Of a stretch of DNA of 24,386 nucleotides, positions 6,863 to 15,818 are shown piece after piece. Position 1 is the stretch's first letter, and each line of letters starts with the position of its first letter. The stretch is taken from IMG/VR virus record IMGVR_UViG_3300036790_000144, positions 1 to 24,386 of that record; one strand, 5' to 3'. Origin of the DNA: a virus (lineage: Duplodnaviria; Caudoviricetes). A model generated the notes under the pieces. That model was not told the origin of the DNA and did no database searches. It was given only the letters and a program-made list of their open reading frames with translations. The position numbers were made by a program, and so were the translations under genes.

Positions 6863-7005
6863 TGTACGTGTTCGATGTTTTCCGCTCCTGGAATGGTGCC
6901 GGCTACGTTTACGTGCGCCGAAATTGTGGGATGGAGTCCCTTGAAAAGAGGCTTTTCCCGACAATGGGTGACCCGCTTTACCGCATCCGCGCTTGGCCGA
7001 AGTAG
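6862..7005 (+). CDS. Small ORF absent from the ORF track (47 aa, MYVFDVFRSWNGAGYVYVRRNCGMESLEKRLFPTMGDPLYRIRAWPK)
   Basis: TGATG coupling at 6860-6864, TAG at 7003-7005, 6 nt before the portal ATG; fills the gap exactly. Confidence 0.5.
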   Translation: MYVFDVFRSWNGAGYVYVRRNCGMESLEKRLFPTMGDPLYRIRAWPK

Positions 7006-7011
7006 CCGGCC

Positions 7012-8871
7012 ATGCTGTTCGCCGATCGGATTGCGCGCTACGAGCGCGCCAGTCCGCTCCTGCTGGCGATGGAGTCGCCGACCGCTCCGGTCGAGCTCCG
7101 CTACGAGCGCGACAACCAGGATTGGGCGCAGACCCGCGAGCATCTCGAATCGCGCATGACGATGGCGCGCTCCTGGCGCTATTCGTTCCTCGAACATTGG
7201 TCGCTGTGTGCGCTCTACACCAATCCGCGGCGCTCGCTGTGGCTGAGCCAGGGCGGCGTCGACCAGCCGGTGCCGAACGCGATGGTGCGCGGCTCGCCGG
7301 TCAACCAGGCGATCGTCGACCCGACGCCGGTCTATGCGCTGCAGGTCTGCACCGCCGGGCTGACCAACGGCCTGATGTCGTCGTCGCGGCCATGGTTCAA
7401 GCTCAAGCCGGCGCTGTCCAACATCAAGATCGACCGCCAGGGCCAGCTCTGGTTCGAAGAGGTCGAGGACCGCGTCTATCGCGTGATGGCCGAGTCGAAT
7501 TTCTACGACTGCGGCGTGCAGATGTTCAAAGACCTGATCAGCTTCGCCACCTCGCCGATGCTGATCTACGAGGACGTCGAGAACATCATCAACTGCCAAG
7601 TCCCCGTCGTCGGCGAATACTTCCTGTTCATCGGCTCGAACTTCCGCGTCGAAGGCTTCTCGCGGCTCTATGTGCTGACGGTGTCGCAGCTGGTCGAGGA
7701 GTTCGGGCTCGACGATTGCCCGCCGCAGGTGAGCTCGCTGTGGGAGCAGAAGGGCGCCAGCCTCGACAAGGAATTCATCGTCGCCCACATGATCGAGCCG
7801 AACTTCGCCATCCAGCGCACTGGCGAGGCCAAGCCGGTCGGGCGGCTCAAGGGCAACTATACCTTCCGCGAGCATTTCTGGATCTACGGGCTCGCTTCGG
7901 CGAAGCCGCTCTCGGTGCGCGGCTTCCACGAACTGCCGTTCATCGCGCCGCGCTGGCAGGTCAACGGCAACGATCCCTACGGCACCGATTGCCCGGGCAT
8001 GGTCACGCTCGGCGACAACATGCAGCTGCAGATCGAGACCCGGCGCAAGGCCGAGCTGCTCGAGAAGATGGTGCGGCCGCCGCTCAACGCGCCGCCCGAA
8101 CTGAAGAACCAGCCGTCGTCGATCCTGCCCGGCCACGTCAATTACACCAACAACACCAGCAACGGCATGAAGCCGGTGTTCGAGGTCGACGCCCAGGCGC
8201 TGCCCGGCATCACCGCCGACCTCAAAGACATCCAGGCGCGCATCAAGAGCGGGTTCTTCAACGACCTGTTCCTGATGCTCGCCGAGGCGACCAAGGACAT
8301 GACGGCCTACGAGGTCGCGCAGCGCCAGCAGGAAAAGCTGCAGGTGCTCGGCCCGGTGATCGAGCGGTTCCAGAACGAGGGCGCTTCGCCGGCGATCCGG
8401 CGCATCGTCGCGGTGATGGCGCGCAAGCGCCTGTTGCCGCCGATGCCGCCGTCGCTGCGCGGCGTGCCGATCCATATCGAATACATCTCGATGCTGGCGA
8501 TGGCGCAGCGGGCGCTGAAAACTGCCGGCGCCGAACGCATGCTGGCGGTCACCGAGAAGGTGGCGCCGATGTATCCGGACGCGCCGGGGCTGATCAATTT
8601 CGAGAAGCTGCTGCGTAACTACAACGACGATCTCGGCAATTCGCTCGAGCTGATGAACGACGACAGCGCCTTTGCCGACTGGAAGGCCGCGCGCGCCAAG
8701 GCGCAGCAGGGCCAGCAGGCGCAGCAAGGCGCCACCGAAACCATTCCGGCGATGGCGGCCGCGGCGAAGGATTTAGGAACTGTTGACCTTGGCGGTGGTG
8801 TAAATGCCGCGCAGCTCATGGCCGGCGCCGCCGGCGGCAGTGGGGCTGCGCCACCGGCCGGGGGAATGTGA
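7012..8871 (+). CDS. Portal protein (head-to-tail connector), 619 aa
   Basis: 'GLMSSSRPWFKL', 'MAESNFY', 'PRWQVNGNDPYG', 'MTAYEVAQRQQEKLQVLGPVIER', 'IEYISMLAMAQR' are characteristic of T7 gp8/BPP-1-type connectors. Confidence 0.95.
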   Translation: MLFADRIARYERASPLLLAMESPTAPVELRYERDNQDWAQTREHLESRMTMARSWRYSFLEHWSLCALYTNPRRSLWLSQGGVDQPVPNAMVRGSPVNQAIVDPTPVYALQVCTAGLTNGLMSSSRPWFKLKPALSNIKIDRQGQLWFEEVEDRVYRVMAESNFYDCGVQMFKDLISFATSPMLIYEDVENIINCQVPVVGEYFLFIGSNFRVEGFSRLYVLTVSQLVEEFGLDDCPPQVSSLWEQKGASLDKEFIVAHMIEPNFAIQRTGEAKPVGRLKGNYTFREHFWIYGLASAKPLSVRGFHELPFIAPRWQVNGNDPYGTDCPGMVTLGDNMQLQIETRRKAELLEKMVRPPLNAPPELKNQPSSILPGHVNYTNNTSNGMKPVFEVDAQALPGITADLKDIQARIKSGFFNDLFLMLAEATKDMTAYEVAQRQQEKLQVLGPVIERFQNEGASPAIRRIVAVMARKRLLPPMPPSLRGVPIHIEYISMLAMAQRALKTAGAERMLAVTEKVAPMYPDAPGLINFEKLLRNYNDDLGNSLELMNDDSAFADWKAARAKAQQGQQAQQGATETIPAMAAAAKDLGTVDLGGGVNAAQLMAGAAGGSGAAPPAGGM

Positions 8872-9104
8872 TGCTCGCCGCCGACATCGCGCGCTGCCGC
8901 CATAGCATAATAGCGGTGGTGGTGGAGACGGTGGGATCGTGCGACCACTGCGGCTCGCTGATCGCCCTGCAGTGCATTCGCCATTTGGGCGGCCGCCGGT
9001 ATTATTTCCCGCGTTGCTCTGGCACCTCGCGGGGTCCGGGACATCCTGATCTTCACCCCGATCAGTTCCGTCAGGCCGCACCGGACGTCTGGGAAGAGAC
9101 GTGA
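8868..9104 (+). CDS. Hypothetical Cys/His-rich protein (78 aa; ATG 8871 is an alternative start)
   Basis: Overlaps the portal stop; contains CDHC plus additional Cys/His. Confidence 0.5.
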   Translation: MMLAADIARCRHSIIAVVVETVGSCDHCGSLIALQCIRHLGGRRYYFPRCSGTSRGPGHPDLHPDQFRQAAPDVWEET

Positions 9105-9220
9105 TCGCCGCGCCGCCGGATGTTGCGGTCTATCTGACGGCCGATCAAGCCGTCGACCTGGTCGGTTTGTTGGCGCTGGCGATCGCGCTCTGCATCGGCT
9201 GCCTTGGCGGAGGACATTGA
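9101..9220 (+). CDS. Small single-TM peptide absent from the ORF track (39 aa)
   Basis: GTGA overlap at 9101-9104 and TGATG overlap at 9218-9222; 'LVGLLALAIALCIGCLG' hydrophobic run. Confidence 0.5.
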   Translation: MIAAPPDVAVYLTADQAVDLVGLLALAIALCIGCLGGGH

Positions 9221-9426
9221 TGGCGTTTGGGAAGGGCGATCGGGTTCAGCTCAACGCCGACGGCGTGAAGCTCGATCCCGCCGGGAAACGCGGCCACGGC
9301 ACTGTGCGTGGACCCTCGCGCGGTGTCTTCGCGGCGGGCTGCTACATCGTGAAATGGGACAACCTAAAAACGCCGGCGTCGATCAGCGGCGGGTTTATCC
9401 GCCGGGAGGACCCGCAGAGTGGCTGA
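9220..9426 (+). CDS. Small SH3/KOW-like beta-barrel protein (68 aa)
   Basis: GGAGGA upstream; 'FGKGDRVQL...GTVRG...YIVKWD' pattern. Confidence 0.6.
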   Translation: MAFGKGDRVQLNADGVKLDPAGKRGHGTVRGPSRGVFAAGCYIVKWDNLKTPASISGGFIRREDPQSG

Positions 9427-9922
9427 GGACCGCCCGGACGCACCGGATCTCGATCCGGACTTCACGCCGCAGGAGAACATCGAGGCCGATCATCGCGGCT
9501 CGATTATGTTCGAATATGAGAGCTACGAGCGCGTGGTCGAGGGTCTCAAGCTGGCGTCCGACGGCGCGCGCAACATGGCCCGCTTCAACGAGCCGGATCT
9601 GTGGAACCCGCTGGCGCAGTTCTTCGACGCCCTGCGCAAGGCGATCGTGCAGCTCGCCGGCCTCGATCGCGGCGCCGACACGCGCGAGAGCGCCCAGCAA
9701 TGGGGCGGGACCGGCGTCACGCGTTCCGACGCGATGTCGCGCATCAGCAATGGCCTCAAAGGCGCCGCTTCGGCCGCCAACCAGATCGCCCAGGTGCAGC
9801 GCAAGGATCCGCGCTGGCTGCGCTACGCCATCCAGATCGACCGGCTGCGCGACAAGTCGCAACAGCTGGCGCTCGCCGGCTCGCCGCTTCTGGTCGACAG
9901 CGGCTGGGCGCGCCGGCACTGA
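9419..9922 (+). CDS. Hypothetical helical protein (167 aa)
   Basis: GGAGGA upstream of GTG 9419; strong G/C third-position bias; no family recognised. Confidence 0.75.
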   Translation: MAEDRPDAPDLDPDFTPQENIEADHRGSIMFEYESYERVVEGLKLASDGARNMARFNEPDLWNPLAQFFDALRKAIVQLAGLDRGADTRESAQQWGGTGVTRSDAMSRISNGLKGAASAANQIAQVQRKDPRWLRYAIQIDRLRDKSQQLALAGSPLLVDSGWARRH

Positions 9923-9949
9923 GCTTGATTAGCTAATATTGATCAGCTG

Positions 9950-10435
9950 ATGAGCGAAGCCGAGACGGCAGCGCCTGAGGACGAGCGCGCCGCGGCGCGT
10001 CGCGCCGGCGAGCCCGAGAATTGGGACGGCCAGGTTCTCGGCGAGCTGATGCGCACCTCGCAAGGGCGCCGTTTCGTCGAACGGTTTCTCGATTTCACCG
10101 GCTGCGGCCAGCGCATCTATCAGGGCGACGGCGACGCGCTCGGCGCGATGTGGCGCGATGGTCTCGCTGAAGCCGGCCGGTTTTGGGAGCAGCTGCTGCT
10201 GCACCATTGCCCGGATCTCTATTTGCGCATGGTGACCGAGCGCAAAGCCAGCATCGAACGCGCCAACAAGCGCACCGCGCGGCAAGAGGAACGCCGCAAC
10301 CCCAAGGAAGCGGCGCCGCTCACGGTGACGGGCGTCGAAGAGCTCGCGGACGAGCAAAGGCGCCAGGCTGAGGTCGACGCGGAGCAAGCCGCCCGCGCCG
10401 CCAACTCTGCCAAGCGAAAATCCAAAAAGGACTGA
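9950..10435 (+). CDS. Bbp19-like phage protein (161 aa)
   Basis: 'LMRTSQGRRFVERFL...G...RDG' motif and position between portal and scaffold. Confidence 0.7.
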   Translation: MSEAETAAPEDERAAARRAGEPENWDGQVLGELMRTSQGRRFVERFLDFTGCGQRIYQGDGDALGAMWRDGLAEAGRFWEQLLLHHCPDLYLRMVTERKASIERANKRTARQEERRNPKEAAPLTVTGVEELADEQRRQAEVDAEQAARAANSAKRKSKKD

Positions 10436-10438
10436 TCG

Positions 10439-11446
10439 ATGACGACTGCCACGGGAACACCGGGCGCGCAGACTGCGGCGCCCGGCGGCGAAGCTATGCC
10501 GGCTGCGGCACCGGGTCCGGCGCCTGGCGCCGGGTCTGGCGCTGCCGATGGCGCGGCCGCTGCGGCGCCTCCTGCAGCGGCCGCGCCTGCAGCCGACGCG
10601 GCTGTGGCAGCAGCTGCAGCACCGGCAGCAGCTGCCGCGCCCGCCGCGAGCGATGCGGCAAAACCTGCCGCGGATGCGGCGAAGCCGGCTGCCGATGCAA
10701 CGGCGGCGGCGAAAGATGCGCCGGCTGGCGGCAAGAACGAATTCACGCCGTCGCTGCTCGATGCAGCCGCGGCGACCGACAAGAAACCGGGCGGCGGCAA
10801 GACCGAGCCCGGCAAGGATGCCAAGGCGGGCGACGCAAAGCCCGGCGAAGCGAAGCCCGGCGAGGCCGTCAAGGCCGAGCCCGGCAAAGACGGCGCCCCC
10901 GGCGACACGCCACCGGCGCCGATCGAGTACGCCTTCAGCTATCCCGAAGGCGTGGATCCGGCCTCCGTCAACGCGGAGCGCATGACCCAATTCACCGGCG
11001 TTCTCAACGAAGGCCGCATGAAGCCTGAGCTCGGGCAAAAACTCCTCGACATGCACCTCTCCGAGGTGACCGAGGCAGCCAAGAAAATCGCGCAGAACCA
11101 ATGGGACGTCTTCAATCGCCAGCAGACCAACTGGCGCGAAGAGGTGATGTCCGATCCGCAGCTCGGCGGCGCCCGGCACCAGACCGCGGTCAAAGAGATC
11201 ATGAGCGTGGTCGACGCCTATGCCGGCACTGCCGATGAGCGAAAGGGTCTTCTGGACGCCTTCCGCGTCACCGGGATCGCCAACAACCCGCACTTCCTTC
11301 GGTTTCTGCACCGCGCCAGCGCCGACCTCGCTCGCGAGGCCGTCCCGCATCCGGCGCCACCGCCGCGCGCAGCTGCGCCGACGGGGCGCGAGCGCGGCTT
11401 GAACCGCTACGCGAAGACGACGCCCGCCGCCAACGGCGGACGCTGA
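10439..11446 (+). CDS. Capsid scaffolding/assembly protein (335 aa)
   Basis: Ala/Pro-rich disordered N-half; 'IEYAFSYPEG', 'WREEVMSDPQLGG', 'TGIANNPHFLRFLHR'; immediately upstream of the MCP. Confidence 0.85.
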   Translation: MTTATGTPGAQTAAPGGEAMPAAAPGPAPGAGSGAADGAAAAAPPAAAAPAADAAVAAAAAPAAAAAPAASDAAKPAADAAKPAADATAAAKDAPAGGKNEFTPSLLDAAAATDKKPGGGKTEPGKDAKAGDAKPGEAKPGEAVKAEPGKDGAPGDTPPAPIEYAFSYPEGVDPASVNAERMTQFTGVLNEGRMKPELGQKLLDMHLSEVTEAAKKIAQNQWDVFNRQQTNWREEVMSDPQLGGARHQTAVKEIMSVVDAYAGTADERKGLLDAFRVTGIANNPHFLRFLHRASADLAREAVPHPAPPPRAAAPTGRERGLNRYAKTTPAANGGR

Positions 11447-11514
11447 TCGCGCCAGCACAACAGCAACACGTCAGAGCACGCCCGCGCTCACCCGCGGCGT
11501 GACGGAGTATTTTC

Positions 11515-12552
11515 ATGTCCTATCTCACGCTTGCCGATTGGGCGCGCCGGGTCGGTCCCGACGGCTCGATCGACGACATCGCCGAGCTGCTCGCGCAGTC
11601 CAACGAGATTTTCGACGATCTTTTGATCCGCGAGGGCAACCAGGCGCTCGGTCACACCGGCATCGTGCGCACCGGCTTGCCGCAAGGCACCTGGCGCAAC
11701 TTCTACCAGGGCGTTGCCTTCACCAAGTCGACCACGGCCCAGGTCACCGACACCATCGGCGAGCTCGTCGCTTATTCGCGCGTCGATCGCTCGCTCGCCG
11801 AGCTCGACGGCCAGGTCGCCGAGCTGCGCTTGTCGGAGGACAACGCGCACGTCCAAGGCCTGTCGCAGCAGATGGCGACCACCTCGTTCTATGGCAACGA
11901 AGCGGTGACGCAGGCCCAGTTCACCGGGCTCTCCGCGCGCTTCAACACCATCTCGACTGCGAACGCGCAAAACGCGGTCAACGTGCTCAACGCCGGCGGG
12001 GCTGCCGCGGCCAACACTTCGATCTGGCTGTGCTGCTGGGGCGAGCAGACCGGCTTCGGCTTCTTCCCGAAGGCGTCGAAAGCGGGCCTCGTGTTCGAAG
12101 ACAAGGGCGACATCCGCCCGGGCTTCGACGCCAACAACCACGAGTTCGAAGCTTACACCTCGCTCTTCATGTGGAAGATGGGGGTCCACATCAAGAACTG
12201 GCAGTATTTCTGCCGCATCGCCAACATCGACACGACCACCGCTGGGCTGGCCGGTGCGACGCCGCCGGACCTGTTCGCGCTGATGAGCAAGGCGCTCTAC
12301 CGCATGCCGACGGCGGGCCGTCGCATGAGCGGCATCACCAAGACCGACGCGCCGAACCAGCCGACGCCGTCGGTGCGGCCGGCATTCTATTGGAACCGCA
12401 CGGCGGGCGAATACGGCGCCATCCAGGCGATTCGCGACAAGAACGTTCTGCTGCGCCCGACCGAGTACGACGGGCAGCCCATCCTTGAGTTCCGCGGTGT
12501 GCCTATCCGCAACTGCGATGCGCTGCTCAACAGCGAAGCCACCCTCTCGTAA
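11515..12552 (+). CDS. Major capsid protein, BPP-1 Bbp17-like (345 aa)
   Basis: 'LTLADWARR', 'ELLAQSNEI', 'VRTGLP..TWR', 'FYGN', 'TSIWL..WG', 'RIANID', 'FRGVPIR.CDALLNSEA'; GGAG upstream. Confidence 0.93.
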   Translation: MSYLTLADWARRVGPDGSIDDIAELLAQSNEIFDDLLIREGNQALGHTGIVRTGLPQGTWRNFYQGVAFTKSTTAQVTDTIGELVAYSRVDRSLAELDGQVAELRLSEDNAHVQGLSQQMATTSFYGNEAVTQAQFTGLSARFNTISTANAQNAVNVLNAGGAAAANTSIWLCCWGEQTGFGFFPKASKAGLVFEDKGDIRPGFDANNHEFEAYTSLFMWKMGVHIKNWQYFCRIANIDTTTAGLAGATPPDLFALMSKALYRMPTAGRRMSGITKTDAPNQPTPSVRPAFYWNRTAGEYGAIQAIRDKNVLLRPTEYDGQPILEFRGVPIRNCDALLNSEATLS

Positions 12553-12643
12553 CCGCCGGCGCGCGACCGACGAAACGAACCGCGCGGCGCCTAAAGCGCG
12601 CTGCGCGGCTTCGGCTCCGACGTCCTCCGCCAAGGAGACCACC

Positions 12644-13246
12644 ATGCAAACTGACATCAATCTTGTTTTTACCGGCGGCCTCACGGGCTCGGCGCAGGCG
12701 ATCACCAACGCCGCCGTGCGCTCCACCGGCATCCTCGATCTCGCCACCGGTCTGATGAACACCGGCACGACCTATGCCGCGTCGCCGCTCACCGGCGGCG
12801 CGTATTACAGCAACACCTCGCTGCTGTTCGGCGAAGATCTCGGCCCCGGCGCCATGCGGCTCCGGCTCGCCGCGATTCTCGGCGCCGCCTTCGTCGGCGG
12901 CACCTCGCTCAACCTCGCGATCCAGGGCGCGGTCGACGCGTCGGGCGGCGCCTACCCGGCCAACCTCTCCGGCCTGACCTGGACGACCTACGCGGAGACC
13001 GGCGCGATTCCCATCGCCGATCTCGGCGTCGCCCCGTCGGCTGGCGGCGACCCGTCGCAGAGCATCATCACGCTGCCGGATTGGCCGGACCGGCTGATCA
13101 AGACGGCGATGCCGCGCTTCATCTCGCTGCTCTACACCCCGGTCGGCACGTTCTCGGGCGGCACCATCGGCTTCGCCGGCGTGCTCGCGGGCAAGCCCGA
13201 CTTCAACGTCGGCAAATACCCGGGCGGCTTCTCGGTCGCGCCCTAA
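12644..13246 (+). CDS. Bbp16-like capsid cement/decoration protein (200 aa)
   Basis: AAGGAG then ATG 12644; 'MQTDINLVF...AQAIT....STGILDL' and 'PRFISLLYT..GTFSGGTI' beta-rich pattern; directly after the MCP. Confidence 0.8.
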   Translation: MQTDINLVFTGGLTGSAQAITNAAVRSTGILDLATGLMNTGTTYAASPLTGGAYYSNTSLLFGEDLGPGAMRLRLAAILGAAFVGGTSLNLAIQGAVDASGGAYPANLSGLTWTTYAETGAIPIADLGVAPSAGGDPSQSIITLPDWPDRLIKTAMPRFISLLYTPVGTFSGGTIGFAGVLAGKPDFNVGKYPGGFSVAP

Positions 13247-13303
13247 CGGCGCTGGTCGTTCGATTGCTACCGGCGCGACGATCGCCGCGCCGTTTTCGCT
13301 TCT
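13245..13303 (+). terminator. Possible terminator/attenuator after the cement gene
   Basis: AACGGCGC (13245-13252) pairs with GCGCCGTT (13287-13294), followed by TTCGCTTCT; the interior is long and irregular. Confidence 0.4.
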
Positions 13304-13321
13304 GAAAACGAGGAGGGCCTG

Positions 13322-14074
13322 ATGGCCAATCGGAAATCCGCCGCGGCCCGCACTGCGCCGGCTGCCGCGCGCGCGCCGGAGCGCGACGTCAAAGACACGA
13401 TGATCATGCAGCTGCAGAACCGGCTCGCGGACATGGAGCTGCGCATGAACACGCTCTCCGCCGGCGGCGGCATGGAATTGCTGCCGCCCGAGGAGATGCC
13501 GATCTTCGAAGTCGGGCCGGGCGGCTATTACTCGGCCGACGATTGCCTGTATCCCGAGGGCGTCATCATCGAGGACATCACCGGGCGCATGCCGCTCAAC
13601 GAGCAGCTGGTGCCGCTCAATGAGCCGGCCGAGGAGCGCTTCGAAATGTATCTGCGCTCGCTGCCGCAGCACGGCACGCCGAGCCACGAATTCGTGCTTC
13701 AGGCCGCGTTTGAGCAACTCGGCAATCTCGCCGGCAACACCGGCGATCGCGCCACCTTCTTCGCCCGCGTGCTCGAGGACGCCGCAAAGCTGCGCATGAC
13801 CAAGCTCGGCCTTTTGCCCGGCCAGGAAGTGCCGCGCGCGGCGTCGCCGCGCACCGCGGCCGAGCGCTCGCACGTGCCGATCATGTCGAACACGCGCGTG
13901 CGTCACGACGCCAATCCGCTCGGCCATGTGCCACAGGCGCCGCTCGCCCGCGGTCCGCTGCAGACGCGCATGCGGGCACCGGCGGCCGCGCCGACGCGCA
14001 AAGCCGCGCCGCCGATGGGCACCGTGGCGTCAACCAACATCGGCACCGCCGGGCAGGGCGTCACCGCCGGCTGA
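13322..14074 (+). CDS. Hypothetical phage protein (250 aa)
   Basis: AGGAGG upstream; folded-looking core 'YYSADDCLYPEGVII...PLNEPA'. Confidence 0.8.
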   Translation: MANRKSAAARTAPAAARAPERDVKDTMIMQLQNRLADMELRMNTLSAGGGMELLPPEEMPIFEVGPGGYYSADDCLYPEGVIIEDITGRMPLNEQLVPLNEPAEERFEMYLRSLPQHGTPSHEFVLQAAFEQLGNLAGNTGDRATFFARVLEDAAKLRMTKLGLLPGQEVPRAASPRTAAERSHVPIMSNTRVRHDANPLGHVPQAPLARGPLQTRMRAPAAAPTRKAAPPMGTVASTNIGTAGQGVTAG

Positions 14075-14141
14075 TCGCTCGGCGGCACAGCGGTTCGTTT
14101 CTTCCACCAGCAAGGGGCGCCGCGCAGGCGGCGAGGTTGTC

Positions 14142-14873
14142 ATGAAGCTCTTTAGATCTCTCGTCGTCGCGATCGCCGCCTATGCCTTGGCGGTCAACGG
14201 CGCGTTTGCGCAGTTCAATACGGTCGGCGGCTACGGCAGTCCGACCGTGCAGTCGCCCGGCAGCGCCACCATTTCGCCGCCGGCCTGGGCGCTCCATGCG
14301 CTCCATCCGCTCGACGACGGCACGCTGGGCTCCTATTCCCACGCGCTGGCGTCCGGCACCATGGCGGCCGCCCTGGCGTCGGGCTCGCCGGTGTTCTCGT
14401 TCCGCTACGGCGGGACCGGCGTCGCCGTCATCCGCCGCGTGCGCATTTCGTTGGCCGGCTCGTCGACGGCCTTCGCGGCCGGCACCGGTCAGCTGCAGAT
14501 GTTCGACGCGCGGTCGTTTAGCGCATCCGATTCCGGCGGCACGGCCGCGACGCTGACCGGCAACAACGGCAAGCTCCGCACCTCGTTCGCGACCACCGGC
14601 GTCGCCGACATGCGCGTCAGTTCGACCGCGACGTTGACCGCCGGCACGCGCACGCTCGACAGCGATCCGCTGGCGGCGATCGATCTCGCCGTCGGCACCA
14701 CGGCCAGCGTGCAGTACGCGGCCCCTTCCTTGGTTCTCTATGAGCCGAAAGCCGGCGAATATCCGCTGGTTCTCGCCAACAACGAGGGCTTTGTCATTCA
14801 GGCGACGGTTCCGGCGACCGGCACGTGGCAGTTCACGGTGCAGGTCGAGTGGGACGAACTTCCGGCGTTCTAA
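14142..14873 (+). CDS. Beta-rich protein with predicted Sec signal peptide (243 aa)
   Basis: GAGGT then ATG 14142; MKLFRS-LVVAIAAYALAVNG-AFA/Q is a canonical n/h/c signal; the mature part is Thr/Ser/Gly-rich and ends 'FTVQVEWDELPAF'. Confidence 0.75.
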   Translation: MKLFRSLVVAIAAYALAVNGAFAQFNTVGGYGSPTVQSPGSATISPPAWALHALHPLDDGTLGSYSHALASGTMAAALASGSPVFSFRYGGTGVAVIRRVRISLAGSSTAFAAGTGQLQMFDARSFSASDSGGTAATLTGNNGKLRTSFATTGVADMRVSSTATLTAGTRTLDSDPLAAIDLAVGTTASVQYAAPSLVLYEPKAGEYPLVLANNEGFVIQATVPATGTWQFTVQVEWDELPAF

Positions 14874-14888
14874 GCCGGGACACACCCG

Positions 14889-15125
14889 ATGCCGTGGCCG
14901 ACCGGCAAATCGTTCGCGGGTAGCCACAACAAGAAGCTGAAGGGCGCGGCCGCCGCCAAGGCCGCGCACCAGGCGACAGCGCTCGTCAACAAGGGCCTGC
15001 CCGAAGGCGAGGCGATCGCCATCGCCAACAAGACCGGCGACAAGGCGATGAGTGATGCGGACCGCATGAAGCGCCGCTACGGGCGCGAGTCGGCGACCAA
15101 GGCCGCAGCCAAGTCCTCCGCTTAA
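14889..15125 (+). CDS. Small basic protein, YdaT/ChaB-like N-terminus (78 aa)
   Basis: 'MPW...KAAHQATALVNKGLPEGEAIAIANK' resembles the MPW...ANALL..G..EG.AI.IA pattern; C-terminal SDADRMKRRYG. Confidence 0.7.
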   Translation: MPWPTGKSFAGSHNKKLKGAAAAKAAHQATALVNKGLPEGEAIAIANKTGDKAMSDADRMKRRYGRESATKAAAKSSA

Positions 15126-15174
15126 CCGGTTGTTGGTCCCGCGCGGGCTAAGCCGACGCCAGCGGAGGGACACC

Positions 15175-15540
15175 ATGTCAGCCAAAGACGATCTCATGAA
15201 CGGCGCCGCAACGGCGCCGGCGATTGAGCCGGCCAAGCAGGCCTTCATGGCCGATCCGGGCCTCGTCGCGCTCGCCGAACGCGTGCTCGCCGACGCCAAG
15301 AGCGGCGCGATTACTTCGATGGCCGTCGTTCTGTGCAACCGCACCGGCAACACGCAATGGCCGGCGCACGGCGTGCAGGCGACCGAGCTCTATCTCGGCG
15401 CCGGGCTGTTCCAACGCTCGATCGAGAACATCGTCACCGGCCGGGCCCAGAGCAACGCCTCGCGCCTGCAGCGGCTGTCGCCGGCCGACCAGGCCGCGGT
15501 CGCGGCGGCGCTCAAGAACGGCCCAGCGGGCAACGGCTGA
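15175..15540 (+). CDS. Hypothetical protein (121 aa)
   Basis: GGAGG then ATG 15175; 'LAERVLADAKSGAITSMAVV' helix-strand pattern common in small phage proteins. Confidence 0.75.
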   Translation: MSAKDDLMNGAATAPAIEPAKQAFMADPGLVALAERVLADAKSGAITSMAVVLCNRTGNTQWPAHGVQATELYLGAGLFQRSIENIVTGRAQSNASRLQRLSPADQAAVAAALKNGPAGNG

Positions 15541-15563
15541 TCTCGAGCACCGAGAGGGTTTCG

Positions 15564-15818
15564 ATGGCCACGCATTTCATACAGAAGGCCATCAAACACC
15601 CCGGCATCGAGAAAAAGCGCGCCGCCGAGCACGGCATCTCGACGCACGAGCAGCTCGAGCGCGACGCCAAGTCCGACGATCCGACGCTGCGCGGCCGCGG
15701 CGCACTCGGCCTGCGCTTCGAAAAGGGCGGCGACCTGCATCACGGCAGCAAACCGAAGAGCAAGACCAATGCCGAGCGCGCCGCGGCGCGCTACGGCAAG
15801 AAAGGCGCCGCGCGATGA
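15564..15818 (+). CDS. Small basic phage protein (84 aa)
   Basis: GAGGG upstream of ATG 15564; 'FIQKAIKHPG' resembles the WIQKAIK.PG small phage proteins; C-terminal TNAERAAARYG. Confidence 0.75.
   Translation: MATHFIQKAIKHPGIEKKRAAEHGISTHEQLERDAKSDDPTLRGRGALGLRFEKGGDLHHGSKPKSKTNAERAAARYGKKGAAR

Noticed and set aside
6993-8618. 541-aa alternative-frame + ORF over the portal, and similar ones over the MCP, TerL and nozzle
   Set aside because: Arg/Ala/Pro-rich off-frame translation expected from GC3-biased codons.
10439-10920. Repetitive Ala/Pro/Lys-rich DNA (AKPAAD, AKPGE, EPGKD) as a possible repeat array
   Set aside because: Low-complexity coding sequence normal for scaffold N-termini; no constant repeat-spacer structure, so not CRISPR.
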